Assembly (NCBI RefSeq): GCF_001194135.2
Contig: NC_068987.1
Location: 90,249,561 to 90,313,560, forward strand
Length of the DNA: 64,000 nucleotides
Origin: Octopus bimaculoides
Lineage: Eukaryota
Reading direction: 5' to 3'
Positions 60,239 to 64,000 of the stretch are shown here, in pieces. The position numbers and the translations under genes are program-made. Numbering within the stretch: position 1 is the first letter of the stretch; every line of letters starts with the position of its first letter. The notes beneath the pieces are model-generated. The model was not told the DNA's origin. It did not search any database and worked only from the letters and a program-made list of their open reading frames with translations.

Positions 60239-62450
60239 GTTTAAAGTAAGGTAAGGGTAGCAAAATACTGCCCAAAGCACAGACACAACCCAACACAACA
60301 TAAGCCAATGTAGTACAACACAATTTGTCTGATTTAAGAAGCTCTAAAATTAAGAAATGCAGAGTTAATTTAATGACTTCATTAAACTTAATTACCAATC
60401 ATTCATTGTTGATGTTGGACCAACCAACATAATCATAGCCATCACTACCAACACTGCCACAATCATCCACAATAACATGGCACCATTCCAGCTAGTTCTT
60501 ACTCTTTGATAAAAGCAATCTTACTACATTTTATATCATTCTCAGAATGTGATAACTAAACTCTGTTCTCAAGTTCAGAAGAGACCCCTTGAGGATAAAT
60601 ACTAGCAGCTTCACCCAGAAAACTTGCAACCCCACCTAACTTTAGGATGATTAAGATGAAAATTAAAATAACTAAATTATCTGAAATTTTATCAGTTATC
60701 TTCACTAATTTAATTGAAGGAATGATTTGTAGTTTTGCATGGAATATTTTGAAATTTCTTTTTTACATGTTAGCTACTTAGGAGTAGCTAACATGTTGCC
60801 CAGTTTAATGCCACCCTAGTGCTAGAATACAAATTCTGTTTGAAAATGGTCTATAGATGTTCCATCACAATTTCATGTTAATTCATATTTCAAACACTAG
60901 TTTTCTTTTGCTTGTTCAGGACCGAACTAAAGTTAAATAACAACCTGCAGTCCTCCTGCAGTGCATGTTGGACGAGTCAAATTGGAAAACAGAAATCATA
61001 TAAGTCTTTCCATCTATTCTTTCACTCTATATTATTTTGTTACAGTTATTTCTACAGAATTTATAACCAGCACAGATTTTTTGCTACAACATTTTGTATC
61101 ATGACATTAGATGTAAACAAACAATGAGACTGGAGACAAAAATGGGTAATGTGTGTATATGCAATACGAGTGTGTCCGATCTCATACATAAATAAATCCT
61201 AAACAATAATATAACCCCAAATTTAATCAATAAAAATTTCTCCAAAACACCTCTCCATAACAATCTACCTTAAAACCCAGTTACAACTCAAACCCATCTA
61301 CCCAAGAAAGATTTTAGCTCAACAGAGTCTGTATAAAGCCAAGATTAACTTCAATACATCACAGTCCAGTGATAGCTTATGTGACCAAAACTTCGATGTT
61401 ACAATCAGCATGGACAACGGACATTAAATGATGATGATATATATAGTGATGTTTATCAGCAAAAAAAAAATAATAAATAATAATAATTGGTAAAACTGCT
61501 GCTTTACAAATGAAGTCCTTTGAGATATTTGATCTGCATTGAATAAAACCTTTCTGTCATCATTGTCAGTGTGAGAAATGCAATGAACCAATGCTTGGCT
61601 TGCAGAAAACCTGTAACTAATGATGCTTTCACTCACAAATTGCAACATGTAATAAATAAACATCTCTGATGTTTTATTTCACTAATCTATAATACCATCT
61701 ATGGGGGTGGGGTAGTAGGAAATAAAAACCTAACAAATAACGGAATTGGATTAACATGTAATCCATAAACATGTTGACCAGTGATTCTCTACCTCCATGA
61801 CACAATAAGAAGTTAAATGTGTTTATGTGTTATTCACAGTTTAACATCAGCAACTTGTGGTCCGTTTTTAGCAGGAATTCATGTTGTTGCAAACACTGTT
61901 GCCATACATAAAGCACCTGTGCTGGTGACACCAATAAAATATCCATGCTGGTGCCATGTAAAACGGTACCAAGTACACTCTGTAAAGTGGTTGGTATTAG
62001 GAATGGCATCCAGCTTTTACAAAACCATGCCAAAGCAGACAGATGAAACTTGGTGCAGTCCTCTGACTTGCCAGCTACTGTCGGACTGTCCAACCCATGC
62101 CAGCATGGAAAACGGTCATTAAATGATGATGATGACACTGACGGCAACAAAGCATCCAGCCTTCTGTATTATAATTGTTTAAGTGGCCACTCGGAAAGTG
62201 ATAGAGCTGTCGTCGGTGTCTTAACATTGGGCCTTTTGTTTGTTGTCTTTCAAAGTGGTGGCGCATATAATGTATACGCAAAATTAATTAGCAGTTACTT
62301 GACGCTATTATTGATACAACAATGTAATCGGCATAGGGTATTTAGGTTTACTCTTTCTAAAGTATCTTTTTTTTTTAAATTCCAATAATAGTTATATTGC
62401 AAGTTGAAGAACATTTGACTGTTCTTTCTAACATTCCGAGAGGCATTTAG

Positions 62451-62670
62451 CCCTTTCATTACTCTATTTATTTTGAGATGCTCTATATTTCTTTCAATTA
62501 CGTTAAATATAACAAAGAATTTAGTAAAATAACTTAGTTATCATTAAGCTAGTGTTAGGAACATAAATTGTGACTAAGGTTTGGTGTAAAATTTTAATTC
62601 AAAACTTAAGAAAACAAGACATTTGTACTCAGAGCCAGAACTGATTTCAGTCAGGTTGATAACGAAAGGG
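62451..62670. mobile_element. piggyBac-type MITE with TTAG/TTAG flanks
   Basis: TTAG|CCCTTTC ... GAAAGGG|TTAG (62447-62450 and 62671-62674). Same internal sequence as the other copies. Confidence 0.85.
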
Positions 62671-63479
62671 TTAGAGGCTTTCTTTATTGGACTAACACTG
62701 TGTGCGTGAGAAGGAAAGAGAGCGAGAGAGGATCAATCAAATTAAATGATTAACCCAAAACTGTTAAACTCCTCTCTAGAGGGGAAGAAACAGAAAAATG
62801 ACATCCTTTTGATAACCATCTCCTTTTAAAATGGTGGTAGTAGTCATAGTAGGAGTGGTAGTGGTGATGATGATGGTGGCGGTGGAAGAGCCCATCAAAT
62901 ATTAGAAATCATACAACACACTAGAATTTAGGCCATTTGCTTTTTTTTTTTTCAAATGTATATTTTTTTTAATCTTTTATTTTTGTTCAGTAAAAAGAAA
63001 GGGAAATTCTCAAGTACTACTCACAGACATTTATGTCTGAGTGACTGCAATGAGTGTGACTTCCTGTAGAATCAATTTCCAAAACATGAGGCTGCAGCAG
63101 TAACAACAACAACAACAGCAGCAGCAGCAGTAGAAGTAGTAGTAGCAACAGTGGTAGTTGCAGTAGTTGTGAGGTAGGAGGGATAGTAAGAGAAGAGTTT
63201 TAGAGATTCCTGAAGCAGCTGTGGATGTTACAGTCAAAATTACTGGATGTTTAAATAAAGTAAACGGTGGGGTGGGGGTGGGGGTGGAGTGTATGGGAAG
63301 GGCTGAGAGGGTAAAATACAGAAACATCAGTAATTTCATATTAACTATGTACAGAAGATCCAGCATCTTAACACTGAAGGAAATCCTACTGCATCACTAC
63401 TATTTGTCCGCATGGCCTACCCCACCGCCCGCCACACAATTCGCATGTCTACTAGCATCATTTGTTATATATATATATT

Positions 63480-63699
63480 CTTTTACTTGTTTCAGTCATT
63501 TGACTGTGGCCATGCTGGAGTACTGCCTTTTAGTTGAGCAAATCGATCCCTAGTCTTTGTAAGCCTAGTACTTATTCTATCGGTCTCTTCTGCCGAACTG
63601 CTAAGTTACGGGGATGTAGACACCACCACCATCAGTTGTCAAGCGATGCTGGGGGGACAAGCACAGACACACACATTATTTATATATATATACACACAC

Positions 63700-63739
<40 letters not shown>
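63480..63739 (-). mobile_element. SINE family A 3' half, ending at its internal (TA)n where the PLE-like element joins
   Basis: TTTTACTTGTTTCAGTCATTTGACTG...GGGGGACAAGCACAGACACAC followed by (TA)n. Confidence 0.85.
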
Positions 63740-64000
63740 GGGAGAATATACAAAAAATAACAACAGACGAGGACAGGTGGTGTAAATAACAAAAGTATAT
63801 ATTAGTATGACGCTCGGGAATACGGAAAGTCTTTGACGTTTCGAGCTACGCTCTTCAACAGAAAGAATACGGAGACAAGGAGAAAAACACGGAGAAAAAA
63901 AATTGAATAGTGTTCAGTCAACGGTCAATCATAATAATGGCCGATCATAACAATGACTGACCGGAAGTTAGAAATTCTTATTTCAGGAGAGCTAAGAAAG
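63740..64000 (-). mobile_element. Penelope-like element terminal repeat (pLTR) fragment, runs off the window
   Basis: CpG-rich segment containing the hammerhead motif. Its 3' end abuts a (TA)n tract at 63740. No RT or GIY-YIG coding sequence is visible in the window, so the PLE assignment rests on the ribozyme type. Confidence 0.55.
63830..63866 (-). ncRNA. Minimal type I hammerhead ribozyme motif (A6U core variant, palindromic stem III)
   Basis: Minus strand reads UCUUU-CUGUUGA-A-GAGC-GUA-GCUC-GAAAC-GUC^AAAGA. Stem I is UCUUU/AAAGA, stem II is GAGC/GCUC, and the GAAA core is followed by the palindrome ACGU (loopless stem III) and a GUC cleavage triplet. Predicted cut between 63835 and 63834. 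Confidence 0.7.

Noticed and set aside
63266-63290. G-rich GGTGGGGTGGGGGTGGGGGTGG possible G-quadruplex
   Set aside because: Only three runs of three or more G, and no context suggesting function.

Overview
This is AT-rich, microsatellite-dense eukaryotic DNA with five N gaps. Its SINE, RTE-LINE and MITE families look like those of an octopod cephalopod (inferred from repeat content, not from a marker gene). No host protein-coding gene can be identified confidently. Almost all ORF-track entries are translations of microsatellites or decayed transposons, so the window is probably intronic or intergenic. Supported content: (i) many tRNA-derived SINEs of at least four families; (ii) a 5'-truncated RTE LINE with a PHD-like Cys/His insert in its RT, plus many RTE 3' tails; (iii) three R4/Dong-like restriction-like-endonuclease (RLE) LINE fragments, two of them starting at (AAT)n tracts; (iv) a CR1-group RT fragment and a Tc1/mariner end; (v) piggyBac-type and hAT-type MITEs. 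The most interesting signals are two minimal hammerhead-ribozyme motifs. One has a complete fold with a non-canonical CUGUUGA core, in a Penelope-like terminal repeat at the right edge. The other is degenerate and forms the 3' part of a tRNA-headed SINE that inserted as one unit with a 9-bp TSD, suggesting a Pol III SINE that borrows a Penelope/hammerhead tail. Repeat boundaries are read by eye and approximate unless a TSD/TIR is quoted.
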